The notes under the pieces are model-generated. The model was given only the letters and a program-made list of their open reading frames with translations, did not search any database and was not told where the DNA came from. A program made the translations under genes and the position numbers. From a virus (taxonomy: Duplodnaviria > Heunggongvirae > Uroviricota > Caudoviricetes), in the IMG/VR virus record IMGVR_UViG_3300025838_000019, positions 38,640 through 102,639 of that record: a stretch of DNA of 64,000 nt. The stretch is one strand, 5' to 3'. Positions 1-11,800 of the stretch are shown here, in pieces. Numbering within the stretch: the first letter of the stretch is position 1; each line of letters begins with the position of its first letter.

Positions 1-1
1 A

Positions 2-1582
2 GACTCTACAACAAATCCAACATATACATTCCAGTTGCCAGATAATGATATTGATACCTCTACTTTGTTGGTACAAGTTCAACAATCAAGTTCAAATTCT
101 TCTTATACAACTTACACCGGTTCAACAAACTATTTGACACTAGACGGCACATCGACTGTTTATTTCTTGCAAGAAAGTTTGAACGGAAACTATGAAATTT
201 CTTTTGGTGACGGTGTTCTAGGTAAAAAATTGGCTGATGGTAATATTGTCAATGTGTTTTACTTGATTACACAAGGCACTTCTGGTGCAGGTGCAAACAA
301 TTTTGTTCTAACAGATTCTGTTTCTGGATTTGGAACAACAGTCATCTATGGTTCTGTGGCAGCAACAACTGGCGGTGAAAAAGAATCTATCAGTTCTATC
401 AAATACACAGCACCTAAAGCCTATGCTGCACAGAATCGTGCGGTTACAAACGATGACTACATCACTTTGATTCAACAAAACAATGCAGGTTTTTCATTCG
501 ATGCAGTTAACGTTTGGGGTGGCCAAGAAAATGATCCGCCAGTTTATGGCCAAGTTTTTGTTTGTTTAAAACCTACCGGCACATACAAATTAACAGAAGT
601 ACAAAAACAATCCATCATTAAGAACGTTATTCAACCAATTTCAATGATGACTGTTAGCCCAAATATTGTTGATCCTGATTACAACTATATTCAGGTCAAC
701 TCAAACGTTCTATATGATCCAAAGAAAACAAACTATACTGCAAGTCAAATTTCACAAATCGTATCTGCTTCAATTCAACAATTTGCAACAAGAACATTGA
801 ATACTTTTAATAGTACATTTACTGCGGCTGATTTGATTTCTTCTATTCAAAATGCAGATGCTTCTATTGTTACTAACGATACAAAAATTAGAATTCAGAA
901 AAAATTCTATCCTATATTCAATACACCAACAACATACTCATTCTCATTCAACACACCACTACAAAGAGGTATTTTGTTGAGTGGTGTTGGTAGTTCTCCT
1001 GCTATACAAATTCAAGACCCACAAGATGCAACACAAACTTTGGATGGTGTTTACGTTGAAGAAACACCAAGTAGTACCGCAGGTGTGTCTTCAATTCAGT
1101 TGTTGAATCCTGGTTATTCTTATACGCAGACACCAACAGTAACAATTCTTGGTGATGGCACAGGCGCTACAGCCGAAGCAACACTTGTTGCTGGAGTTAT
1201 AACAGGAATTACAGTTACAAATCCTGGTGTAGGTTACACACAAGCTACTGTTGTTATCACAAACGCAACAGGCGACAATTTAGGTTATGGTGGTTCTGCT
1301 GTTGCGGTTCTAGAAGGACAGTATGGTACACTAAGAACATACTACTATAACTCAAACAATGTAAAAACAATATTAAATACCAATGCAGGTACAATCGACT
1401 ATAACAACGGTATTGTTACACTAAAAAACTTTACACCCGTAAATGTTGATAGTGCTTTAGGTGAATTGACAATCTCTGCTGTACCAGCTTCAACAATTAT
1501 CAATTCTTCATTGAATAAAATTTTGACTATCGATCCATTTGATTCAAATGCAATTCTAGTTAACGTAACAGCCAAGACATGA
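2..1582 (+). CDS. gp6: Baseplate wedge subunit gp6 (5' end truncated by window edge)
   Basis: Frame is open from position 2, so the TTG at 35 is probably not the start. T4 gp6-like motifs YEISFGDGVLGK, SIKYTAPKAYAAQNRAVT.DDY, VWGGQENDPP.YG.VF, GTIDYNNG; lies directly upstream of gp7. Confidence 0.9.
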   Translation, partial: DSTTNPTYTFQLPDNDIDTSTLLVQVQQSSSNSSYTTYTGSTNYLTLDGTSTVYFLQESLNGNYEISFGDGVLGKKLADGNIVNVFYLITQGTSGAGANNFVLTDSVSGFGTTVIYGSVAATTGGEKESISSIKYTAPKAYAAQNRAVTNDDYITLIQQNNAGFSFDAVNVWGGQENDPPVYGQVFVCLKPTGTYKLTEVQKQSIIKNVIQPISMMTVSPNIVDPDYNYIQVNSNVLYDPKKTNYTASQISQIVSASIQQFATRTLNTFNSTFTAADLISSIQNADASIVTNDTKIRIQKKFYPIFNTPTTYSFSFNTPLQRGILLSGVGSSPAIQIQDPQDATQTLDGVYVEETPSSTAGVSSIQLLNPGYSYTQTPTVTILGDGTGATAEATLVAGVITGITVTNPGVGYTQATVVITNATGDNLGYGGSAVAVLEGQYGTLRTYYYNSNNVKTILNTNAGTIDYNNGIVTLKNFTPVNVDSALGELTISAVPASTIINSSLNKILTIDPFDSNAILVNVTAKT

Positions 1583-4500
1583 TACCAAATAACAAAACGT
1601 CAATTTTAATTCCGTCACAGTTACCTGAATTCATTTCTGAAGATGTTAACTATGGTAATTTTGTTGCCTTTCTTAAGGCATATTACGAATGGATGGAAAA
1701 TTCAGGAACCATCACCAATATTAATATTGTAAATGGTGGTCTAGGTTACTCAAATGTGTCGGTAAATATTGTTGGTGATGGTTCTGGTGCAACCGCACAG
1801 GCTTCACTATCAAGTAAAGGCATAATCAACGAAATTATCATAACTTCTTATGGTAGTGGTTACACTTATGCAAACGTTGTCATAAATGGTACATCTATTA
1901 TTCCAGCAACAGCTACTGCGGTCATCAAAAATGGCCCAATCAATGATAGTAAACAACTTTTAAATTACATGGATGTGGATCAAACCACAAACCAGTTTTT
2001 AGATTATTTTATCAACGATTTCTTACCATACTTTCCTTCAGACGCTCTTTCAAGCAAACAAAAAGCTTTGAAGATTGCAAAACAGTTGTACAAATCTAAA
2101 GGTACTCCTGCTTCATATGAATTTTTGTTTAGAGTACTATACAATTCAAGTTTTGATTATTACAATACTGGTGACTTGGCACTTAAAGCTTCTGCGGGTA
2201 ACTGGTATGTTCCAAAAAGCTTGGCTATTTTATCAACCGATGTAAGATTTTTACAGACAAAAAACTATCAAGTATTTGGTGAAACATCAAAGTCTTTTGC
2301 TACAATTGAAAATGCTGTATTAGGCACAGACAAAATAGAATTATTCATCTCAAATATTGAACGTCTGTTTCAATCTGGTGAATATGTTCGAATTGTTGAT
2401 TCTAATGGTACAGATGTTATAATTGACGGATCAAATCTAAGATCGAGAATTATCGGTCAGATTAGTAGTATCAATGTCAATTCAAAGTATAAAGGATTGA
2501 ATTATAAGAGTGGTAATCCAGTAATTATCTATGGTGGTTTAAGTAATCAAGTTGCAAATCCGGTTGGTGCAAGTGCTGTTGTTGGCGACACCACAGCGGG
2601 TGGTCTTTCACATATTTCACTATTAAGTGGTGGCCAAGGTTATAATTTAACTAGAACATCAGAACCTTCAACGCAACTTATTTTCATACCAAACGGTCCT
2701 ACTGCTGGAGTTATTCAACCCACAGCTCAAGTGGTTGCAGTAGATACTGGTAATGGTTTTACAGTTAATAATATTCCGACAGATACGATTGGTTATAAAC
2801 TACAAAAAACACTAAACGCAAATAATTTTTATTTTGCAAATGGTACAGTTATAACAATTGACTCAGCAAACTCTTTTGCTGTTGGTGAAACTGTATATCA
2901 AGGTAATATTTCTAACCCTACATTCTTCGGAACAGTAAACTACTATACCGCAAATACTAATATTATTAAAGTTAGTTCTGTTGGACCTTTCGTTAATTCT
3001 TCTATCAATGTTGGTGGATTACTAACAGGTGAAACTTCTGGTGCATCAGCAAACGCTTTGTCAATCTACACAGCAAATTTAAATTCAAGAATGGAAGATG
3101 TATTCAATACAACTTCATTCACTGGTTATCCAATATCGAGTGTATTCTTATCTTCTTCAGGAAGTAACATTACAGTTCTACCAACACTACAAGCACAATC
3201 ACAATATGCAACGGATAATCCTGCAACATATGGTGTAATAAGTAACTTAGGTATTTTAGGTCCTGTTATCATTGCTAATGGCGGAACAGGTTACAGAGTT
3301 AACGATACTGTTGTTTTTAGTGGCGGTTCTGGTTATGGTGCAAATGCAACCGTTACACAAGTTGGAAGTAACGGTGCAATTACATCTATAACATATAACT
3401 CTGTTAATGGTTTACCAACCGGCGGTGTTGGTTATAATAACTCTCTGCCAGCTTTAACAGTTGTTTCTGCAAATAACTTGGCATCAAATGCGAGTCTGTA
3501 TGTAAACGGAACTATGGGTACAGGTGCAACGTTTAATGAAATATCAAGTCAAATTGGTCAAATTCTGAATATCAATCTTTTAAATTACGGTGCAGACTAT
3601 GTTACTGCGCCAAGTGTTTCTTTGAAAGTGCAAGATATTGCAGTTACCGGTATAACTTCTTCAACAATACCAAAACCATTTGATACTGTTTATCAAGGTG
3701 CATCACAAAATGCTTCCTCTTATGTAGCTACAGTATATCAAGTTACACAATTAGGACCAACAAACTCCAATCCATTAAACACAATCTATAGAGTGAGAGT
3801 GTTTAATTATTCTAATGATCCTAATCCTTCATTACCATTAGTAAGTTCAACAACAGGTTATAACTATACACCTATTGGTTATGCATACGATTCGACATGG
3901 AATAACCAAGGTTTCATAGACTACGGTGATGGCACTGCACAGGCAACCGCACAGTTCTTAAACGGTCTTGTGTTTGGTGCAGGACAATATCTGTCAAGTT
4001 CCGGTCAGTTAAGTTCATATGATGTGTTGCAAAGCCAAGATTACAACTCATACACTTATAAGATTACGACTGAAAAAGAAATTTCAAAATACCGTTCAAT
4101 TCTTTTGAATTTGTTGCATCCATCCGGCACACAATTGCTAGGTAGATACAGCACAACAAAACTAAGTTTAGATAATTTTGTACAACAAAACGCATTGAAG
4201 AAAGCATATAACTTGTATCACTATACAGGTGCCGCAGCCTCAAACGTTTCTATGACAACATCTTTGTCACAAACTTGGTCTAATACTGTTGTGTTCAATA
4301 ACTTACCAACAGGAACAAATATTGCAGGCTTTATCTTTGCAAATTCAAGTACGATTGCAATTCAAACTTCAAACGGACCAAACGTTGTTTCTCTGGTAAC
4401 TTCAGTTGACTATGCAAACAATAAAGTATCAATACAAGACAAGACTTTCTTGACTTATGCAAATACATTCTATGTAAACTATACCGCAAATTCAAACACG

Positions 4501-4902
4501 GTTACAGTATTGTCTCCAACTGGTCTTTATAACTATGATGACCAGTACGGTTACAATTATTCTCCAGAAAGAAATGATTGGGCTGCACCTAGTTCAACCG
4601 TTATGCCATTAAACACGTTGTTGTTTGCTGGAGATACTGTTTACCTGGATCAAAACCACGCTGTGACCGTATCAACCATAGATTACACAAATGGAATAAT
4701 CTATCTAAATACAACAGCAAACGTAAATATTTCAAACTCACCTATTACCATCGTAAGAAACTTTGTGGCTGGTGGTTCCGTTTCTAATGCAAACCAAGTT
4801 AAGATTTACGGACCTTCTGGACTACAATACTTCCCACAACTAACTGATGAGGCTGGTGACAACTTTATAACCGAAGACGGACAATTCATTCTACTAGGAT
4901 AA
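1579..4902 (+). CDS. gp7: Baseplate wedge subunit gp7
   Basis: N-terminal SQLPEFI...F..FLKAYYEWME, YKSKGTPASYEFLFRVLY, and LQSQDYNSYTY...LLHPSG, typical of gp7 in cyanophage-like T4 relatives; lies between gp6 and gp8. Confidence 0.8.
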   Translation: MIPNNKTSILIPSQLPEFISEDVNYGNFVAFLKAYYEWMENSGTITNINIVNGGLGYSNVSVNIVGDGSGATAQASLSSKGIINEIIITSYGSGYTYANVVINGTSIIPATATAVIKNGPINDSKQLLNYMDVDQTTNQFLDYFINDFLPYFPSDALSSKQKALKIAKQLYKSKGTPASYEFLFRVLYNSSFDYYNTGDLALKASAGNWYVPKSLAILSTDVRFLQTKNYQVFGETSKSFATIENAVLGTDKIELFISNIERLFQSGEYVRIVDSNGTDVIIDGSNLRSRIIGQISSINVNSKYKGLNYKSGNPVIIYGGLSNQVANPVGASAVVGDTTAGGLSHISLLSGGQGYNLTRTSEPSTQLIFIPNGPTAGVIQPTAQVVAVDTGNGFTVNNIPTDTIGYKLQKTLNANNFYFANGTVITIDSANSFAVGETVYQGNISNPTFFGTVNYYTANTNIIKVSSVGPFVNSSINVGGLLTGETSGASANALSIYTANLNSRMEDVFNTTSFTGYPISSVFLSSSGSNITVLPTLQAQSQYATDNPATYGVISNLGILGPVIIANGGTGYRVNDTVVFSGGSGYGANATVTQVGSNGAITSITYNSVNGLPTGGVGYNNSLPALTVVSANNLASNASLYVNGTMGTGATFNEISSQIGQILNINLLNYGADYVTAPSVSLKVQDIAVTGITSSTIPKPFDTVYQGASQNASSYVATVYQVTQLGPTNSNPLNTIYRVRVFNYSNDPNPSLPLVSSTTGYNYTPIGYAYDSTWNNQGFIDYGDGTAQATAQFLNGLVFGAGQYLSSSGQLSSYDVLQSQDYNSYTYKITTEKEISKYRSILLNLLHPSGTQLLGRYSTTKLSLDNFVQQNALKKAYNLYHYTGAAASNVSMTTSLSQTWSNTVVFNNLPTGTNIAGFIFANSSTIAIQTSNGPNVVSLVTSVDYANNKVSIQDKTFLTYANTFYVNYTANSNTVTVLSPTGLYNYDDQYGYNYSPERNDWAAPSSTVMPLNTLLFAGDTVYLDQNHAVTVSTIDYTNGIIYLNTTANVNISNSPITIVRNFVAGGSVSNANQVKIYGPSGLQYFPQLTDEAGDNFITEDGQFILLG

Positions 4903-4906
4903 AAAA

Positions 4907-7456
4907 ATGAGTTCAATTAAGATTTCACAACTGCCACAATTACCATCGATTGCGGCAAACACATCAAACACTTTATTCCTGGGTGTAGATATTCCATCTG
5001 GGGTGACAGGTAAGTTTACTGCAACTACATTGGCTCAACAACTGTACTCAAACAATTCATTGACCGTTGGTAACAATCAGATTTTGTTCTCCAATACTGT
5101 ATCTCAGTTCTCAGGATATGATCCAACATTCTTGCAAATTAACATGCAGAACTTCAATTCAAATGGTTCTGGTGATTTTATTGTGACGGGTGACAAAGGT
5201 ACAAACTCAAATAACTACATTGACATGGGTTTGAATGGCTCTAACTTCCAAACAAACTATACAGTAGGATCAGCATTTTTACCTAACGATGGTTATCTTT
5301 ACGTCAATGGACCAGGACAAAACTACGTTGGTAACTTGATTCTTGGTACAACAACATCAGGTACAAGAATCAATTTTGTTGTTGGTGGTGCAAACACAAC
5401 CAATATTGTTGCATACATGGACGCAACAGGTATTCATTCACCAAGTATTGATGCAGAGATTGCTGCAAACACCACATACGTTCTTGCAACAGCTAACGCA
5501 GAAATTGGTGTAGTTAATTCTAACGTGGCTAACGTTTATGTTTATTCTCAATCTGCATATGGATTGGCAAACACATTAAACGGTACAGTTACAAACTTAA
5601 CGGGTAACGTTAGTGTTCTACAAACAGCAGTTGCTGCAAATGCAAACTCACTTTCTTCTTTGACAGTATATACACAATCTGCATACGCATCACTTAATAC
5701 TCTGTCTCTTGCATCTAATACCGCAAACTTAACTGGATTTATACAAGCAGCTTACAACACCGCTAACGGTGCATTAGCAAATACCTCAGGTACAATTTTT
5801 GGTGGTGACTTACAAATCACTGGTAACATTACACCTACAACAACAAACACATCTTATCTTGGTACACCATCTAACAGATTCCGTAGACTATACTTAACCG
5901 CTAACGCATTCCACATCTTAGATTATACAACTCAACTTGATACATCACTTACTGTTTCTGGTGGCACATTACAAGTTAACGGTGCATCTGCGTTTGCTTT
6001 GAGTAACGGTCTACAAATTAGTGCAAACGGACAGATTCTTGCTAACAACATCAACATTACAGGTAACTTGTCCGTAAATAACGTATTCTCCGTAAGTGTT
6101 CCAACACAAACACTATCAATGAACGGCAGCATCAGTATGTCCGGTTCGTTGTATATGAACAACAATACTTTCTTGGCAAATACTGCGGCTGTTAAGATTA
6201 TTGGTTCAACAAACTTTGCATCTGAAACACCATCGAATGATGGTTATATGTTGCAAATTACAGGTAAAGATAACGTACCCGCCAGAGTTGTTATCGATTC
6301 TGCTTCTGTGACAGGTAATGCTTATAGTTTGCTTGCTGGTAGAGCTTCTAGGGGTTCTGCAAATACACCATCAGCTTCACAATCAGGTGATGTGTTGATG
6401 CGTATTTCTGGTAACGGTTATGGTACCACAAATTATGCACAATATGGTGTTGCAAGAATTGATTTTGTTGCAGCTGAAAACTTCTCAGACACCAACAAAG
6501 GTACAATCATCAATATTGGTCTAACACCTGTAGGTACAAATACAGTTGTTACCATGGCATCAATCACAAGTAACAACTTTACTGTAAATGCCAACTTAAT
6601 TCCAACTTCAACCAACACAGTCAACCTAGGTTCTGCAACAAACCGTTGGGGTGATTTATGGCTTGCTGGTAATTCAATCAACATGTTGGATACTGTAACA
6701 GGCAATAACATTTTGATTACGATTGCAAACGGCCAGTTGTTGTTTGGTAACACACAAGCGTTCATTCAAGGCAACACAACAATCTATGCAAACGGTTCAA
6801 TCGTTGCACCTAATGTAATTGTTACAGGTTCATTTACTGCAAACAGCGGTACAACATACTTTTCAAACACTTATCATACAGCCAACTCAACACTGACTTT
6901 CTTAAGTCTACCTTCAAACAACGGTATCTTGGCCATTGGTTCTGCAAACGTACTGTACGAAACTGCAAACATTACAGTCAACGATTCTACAGGAACGGTT
7001 ACCGCAAAAGCAATTACACTTTCTGGTAACAACGTACCATATCAGTATTCTGGTACATGGTCACCATCCGTATTCTTTGCGGGTGGTTCTGGTACATACA
7101 CAACCCAAGGCGGTTCATTCATTAAAATCGGTAACATGGTCACCGCAACATTTAACATCGTTGCAATTTCTGTGGGTACGGGTGCGGCCGCATTGAGTTT
7201 GTCTGGATTGCCTCCAGTAGCCAACGTTGCAAACACAGTATCAGGTTCAGTATTAGTTTCTGGTGTTGGTGGTTCTGTAAGTTCATCAGTGATTTCTCCA
7301 CAAGGTTCAATTCAACCTGGTGCCACCTCTGTACCTATCTACACATCATACACAGTTTCTGGTTTCGGTGGTAGTGTAACGTATCGTCAAGTTACAGGCG
7401 CAGACTTAGGTGGTTCTTTCCAAATTTCTGGAACAATAACTTATATCTCAGCGTAA
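4907..7456 (+). CDS. Tail fibre-like virion protein
   Basis: N-terminal MSSIKISQLP motif common to phage fibre proteins; Asn/Thr/Gly-rich beta repeats; C-terminal GTWSP...GGSFIKIGNMVT fibre-tip-like domain. Confidence 0.6.
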   Translation: MSSIKISQLPQLPSIAANTSNTLFLGVDIPSGVTGKFTATTLAQQLYSNNSLTVGNNQILFSNTVSQFSGYDPTFLQINMQNFNSNGSGDFIVTGDKGTNSNNYIDMGLNGSNFQTNYTVGSAFLPNDGYLYVNGPGQNYVGNLILGTTTSGTRINFVVGGANTTNIVAYMDATGIHSPSIDAEIAANTTYVLATANAEIGVVNSNVANVYVYSQSAYGLANTLNGTVTNLTGNVSVLQTAVAANANSLSSLTVYTQSAYASLNTLSLASNTANLTGFIQAAYNTANGALANTSGTIFGGDLQITGNITPTTTNTSYLGTPSNRFRRLYLTANAFHILDYTTQLDTSLTVSGGTLQVNGASAFALSNGLQISANGQILANNINITGNLSVNNVFSVSVPTQTLSMNGSISMSGSLYMNNNTFLANTAAVKIIGSTNFASETPSNDGYMLQITGKDNVPARVVIDSASVTGNAYSLLAGRASRGSANTPSASQSGDVLMRISGNGYGTTNYAQYGVARIDFVAAENFSDTNKGTIINIGLTPVGTNTVVTMASITSNNFTVNANLIPTSTNTVNLGSATNRWGDLWLAGNSINMLDTVTGNNILITIANGQLLFGNTQAFIQGNTTIYANGSIVAPNVIVTGSFTANSGTTYFSNTYHTANSTLTFLSLPSNNGILAIGSANVLYETANITVNDSTGTVTAKAITLSGNNVPYQYSGTWSPSVFFAGGSGTYTTQGGSFIKIGNMVTATFNIVAISVGTGAAALSLSGLPPVANVANTVSGSVLVSGVGGSVSSSVISPQGSIQPGATSVPIYTSYTVSGFGGSVTYRQVTGADLGGSFQISGTITYISA

Positions 7457-7466
7457 TAAATAAATC

Positions 7467-8864
7467 ATGTCAAACCAAACTTTACTTACCACATACGCAA
7501 AGTTGAATTCTGTTTTACAGACATACTACTCTTTGACAGCAACAATTCCTGCTTTGCAAACTCCAACCGTACCTGTTACAACTGTGTATGCGTTTTTGAG
7601 TCAGGCTTCTTCTTGGGCAAATACTACTCCTGTACCAACACAGGACATTTATTCAATCAAACAAGCTCAAAAGAATATGTTTGTTGCAAAGAAGATAAAT
7701 TCTTCTGACGTTTCACTTGTTGCTCAACGTATTGATTGGGTTTCTGGTACAACATATGCACAGTATTCAGATACAGTAGATATGTTTGCAACTGATGTTG
7801 CTGGAAACTTGTTGAATAATTTTTATGTTAAGAACAGTTACGACCAAGTGTTCAAATGTCTATCTAATGCAGGTAATTCACCGTCAACAGTAGAACCTTT
7901 CTTCCAACCAGGTCAGTACAACACATTCAATATCTTTGAAGGAGCTGACGGATACAAATGGAAATTTATCTACACTATCGATATTGGTAGTAAGATTAAA
8001 TTTATGGACTCAAACTGGATTCCAGTACCCATCGGATTTAATGTACCGAATTCATTACAAACGTCAGAAGGTTCTGGTGGTATTGAAGTTATTCAAATCA
8101 CAAACGGTGGTTCCCAATTCTCAAACAGTAACGTAATCTCCGTTATAATTACAGGTGACGGTTCAGGTGCAGCTGCACAAGTAGTTTCTATAAACCCTTC
8201 AGGTAGTATTGTGGACATTCAGGTGACCAATCCTGGTTCAAATTACACGACAGCCAATGTATCTTTTTCTTCCGCATCAGGAACTGGTGCGACTGCTTTA
8301 GCACCTACCAGTCCAGCTGGTGGCCACGGATTCGATCCTGTTTCTGAATTGGGATGCCATAACGTTATGATTAGTTGCGAGTTTGACCAGAATGAACAAC
8401 TGAATAACATCAATTATGTACCAACAAGTATCAACTACTACCAGATGGGACTAATTGTATCTCCAACTGACGCAAGTAACTATCCGACAAGTTCGAACGG
8501 AACAATTTTCAAAACTACAACAGACATATTAGTTTCTCAAGGTGCAGGAGCTTACCAGTTTGGTGAATATGTTTATCAATCAACTGACGGAACATTTGCA
8601 ACAGCCTTAACTTCTGGTTGGTATGGCACAGTTTTAAACTTTGATAATGTAAATAACATAATTAACGTCATAAATACAACAGGATCATATACAGTCGGTT
8701 CACAAATTTACGGCCAAAGTTCCACCACCACAAGAACACTACTAACTGTGACAAAACCAAATTTCGATCAGTTCTCGGGTTATGTTATGTACATACAAAA
8801 CCTAGACGGTGTAACCAGAAGTGCAGACGGAATAGAACAATTCAAAATTGTATTAGGCCATTAA
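7467..8864 (+). CDS. gp8: Baseplate wedge subunit gp8
   Basis: RIDWVSGTTY, FYVKNSYDQVFKCLSN, DGYKWKFIYTI, GGHGFDPVSELG, YIQN...VTRSADGIEQFKIVL. Confidence 0.9.
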   Translation: MSNQTLLTTYAKLNSVLQTYYSLTATIPALQTPTVPVTTVYAFLSQASSWANTTPVPTQDIYSIKQAQKNMFVAKKINSSDVSLVAQRIDWVSGTTYAQYSDTVDMFATDVAGNLLNNFYVKNSYDQVFKCLSNAGNSPSTVEPFFQPGQYNTFNIFEGADGYKWKFIYTIDIGSKIKFMDSNWIPVPIGFNVPNSLQTSEGSGGIEVIQITNGGSQFSNSNVISVIITGDGSGAAAQVVSINPSGSIVDIQVTNPGSNYTTANVSFSSASGTGATALAPTSPAGGHGFDPVSELGCHNVMISCEFDQNEQLNNINYVPTSINYYQMGLIVSPTDASNYPTSSNGTIFKTTTDILVSQGAGAYQFGEYVYQSTDGTFATALTSGWYGTVLNFDNVNNIINVINTTGSYTVGSQIYGQSSTTTRTLLTVTKPNFDQFSGYVMYIQNLDGVTRSADGIEQFKIVLGH

Positions 8865-8873
8865 AGGAATAAA

Positions 8874-11800
8874 ATGTCAGAAAATTTTAACGCAAAACCA
8901 TACTATGATGACTTTGACCCATCAAAGAATTTTCATCGTGTTCTTTTCAAACCAGGTTATGCCGTTCAAGCTCGTGAATTAACACAAGCACAAACCATTT
9001 TGCAAAATCAAATTTCAAATTTTGCAGATAACATTTTCACACAAAACACTCCTGTTTCTGGTGGTAAAGTCACAACAAACTTGACATGTTATTACCTTAA
9101 ACTAATTAGTACTTACGGTACAGGTAAAGTTACAGCTGCAAGTTTTTTAAATGCTGACGGCACAGGTCGTTATATCACAGATGCTGCAACAGGTACAATC
9201 GTTGCAAAAGTTATTGCAGCCATTGAAGCCACTACAGGTGATCCTCCTACACTGATCGTTCAATACCTTTCTGGTATTCATTTCACAGATAACATCACAA
9301 TCAAAACAAACGACACTGGAACAACAGAGTTTGCTACAACAGTTGGTGTGGCTGGCGGTACAACATGTACTGGTCTTTCTGCAACTGCTTCCATCTCTAG
9401 TGGTGTGTTCTACGTTGTCAACGGTTATTCTAAGACTGCTGTTGGTACAAACTATTCAATTGGTAACTTTGTTCAAGTTAACCCACAGACAATTGTTATA
9501 AGCAAATATTCAAATAATCCTTCACTTAGAATTGGCCTAACAATTGACGAAGAAATTATTGATTACACTTCAGATAGTTCTCTTTTGGATCCTGCAATTG
9601 GTGCTTCAAACTATCAAGCTCCAGGTGCAGACCGTTATCAAATTAATTTGAACTTAACATATCTTCCATTAACAATTGGTAACGATTCTAACTTTATTGA
9701 GTTGGTTCGTGTTATTAATGGCCAAGTTGTATCGCAAGTTGACGGTACAGTATATTCTACCATCGATGATTACTTCGCAAAACGTGATTATGAAACGAAC
9801 GGCGACTATATTGTTGCACCTTTCACATTCACACCATCGGCCAACAGTATTAATTCAAACCAATACAATTTAAGTATTAGTCAAGGTACCGCATACGTAC
9901 ACGGTTACAGAATTGAAAATCAATCTCCCTTGACTTTGGTTAGTGATCGTGCAAGAACAACACAAACAGTAAACAATAATGATGTTGTTATGAATTACGG
10001 TTCTTATTACTATGTGGACGGCATGAAGAACTTCTTCAACGTGTCTAATATGCCACAGGTTAATTTACACTGCGTTCAAGCCAACAACATTGTAACAGGT
10101 TCAAGTAACGGTTACAACTCATCAGTTATTGGTACAGCTTTCATTCGTGATTTGATTTACGTAAGTGATAGTGGCGCACCAAACACCTTCGTGTATAAAG
10201 CATATGTTTCTGATATTAACTTAAACGCTTTTTCATCAAACGTTGCATTTGCTGTTGGTAATATCACAGTTACATTGTATGATCCATTGAACAAATTGTC
10301 TCTAATTGCAAACGCATATTACGGAATGACAATGACAATTACATCAGGTACAAGTGCTGGTGACGTTAGAAATATTATCTACTACAACGCAACATCATTT
10401 GAAGTTGATAAACCATTTACACAAACTCCAGATTCAACATCTGTAGTAACAATTACACCTTCAGTATCTTCAGTTGAATCTATTGTACTTCCTGGTGCAA
10501 ACTATACTGTGGCCGCAAGTGTTAACATTAATCAACAGTACGGTAAATACGGACAGATTTTCTTAGGTAATGCTATTCTAGAAAATCCAGGTACACCAGA
10601 AATGATTTTCCAAATTGGTAATGCTTATGTTGCGAATACATCTGGTGCAACATATCAATCAGTAAAAACATTTAGTCCAGGTTCAACTGGTACTTCAGGT
10701 ACATTTAACATCTTGGCAGGTTCTTCTTTGGCGTTTGTTGGTACAGCCAACCAAGCGCAAGCAGCATCTATCATCAAACAATACTACACAGTCATCGATG
10801 CTGGTACAGGAAACATCTTAGACTATACTGTTTCCGGTGCGTCTGTATCTCTAGACTCAACAAAACAAACACTAACATTTACTAATGCTGCATATGCAAA
10901 CAAAACAGTTTATGTTATTGCAGCTGTAACAGTCACAAACGGTGACATTACACCTATTTTGAAATACAAAAACTTGGTGATTGGTTCAAACACAACTGTT
11001 ACAACTTCACCAACAACAGTAAATGCAAACGCAGCTGTTGACTTGCAGATGGGACAAACAATTATTCAAAACGTAGCAACAGGCACAGGTAAAATTTCTC
11101 TGTATGTTGCTGACGTTAAGAACGTTGTGAAAATTTATGACACTGGTTCTCCTTCTATTCAACCAGTTACAGCCGGTCTATCTACATACACAGATGTGAC
11201 CAGCCAATACATCTTTAACAACGGTCAAAAAGATAACTACTACGATCACGCAAGTATCCAAGTTCTTCCAGGTGGTAACCCTGCAGCAGGTAACTTGTTA
11301 GTCATCTACAACTACTACTCACACATTAACGGTACTACAAACTTGGGTACTGGTACTGCATCTGACGGTTACTTTGCAGTTGGTTCATATTTGAATTCAT
11401 CTAACCCAGATCAATTACAAAATATTCCTACTTACTTGGCTTCAGATGGTATTACATACAAGTTGGCTGACTGTATCGACTTTAGACCATCTAGAGTTAA
11501 CGCAAACGCAACACTAAGTTTTGAATTTGCGGGTTCTGGTGCATTGATGCCAACAGACTTGTCAACATTCATCAGCAATTATTCATACTACTTGGGTCGT
11601 AAAGACTTGTTGGTTCTAAGTAAAGACAAATCATTTCAAATTGTTGAAGGTACACCTTCACTTAATCCAATTTACCCAACACAACCAACAGGTTCATTGT
11701 TATTAACTAACTTGACACTCGATCCATATACATCATATGTTCCTGGTGAAGCACCAATTGGTAAACGTTCAAACTTGTCTGTAAATCCAGTATCACATAA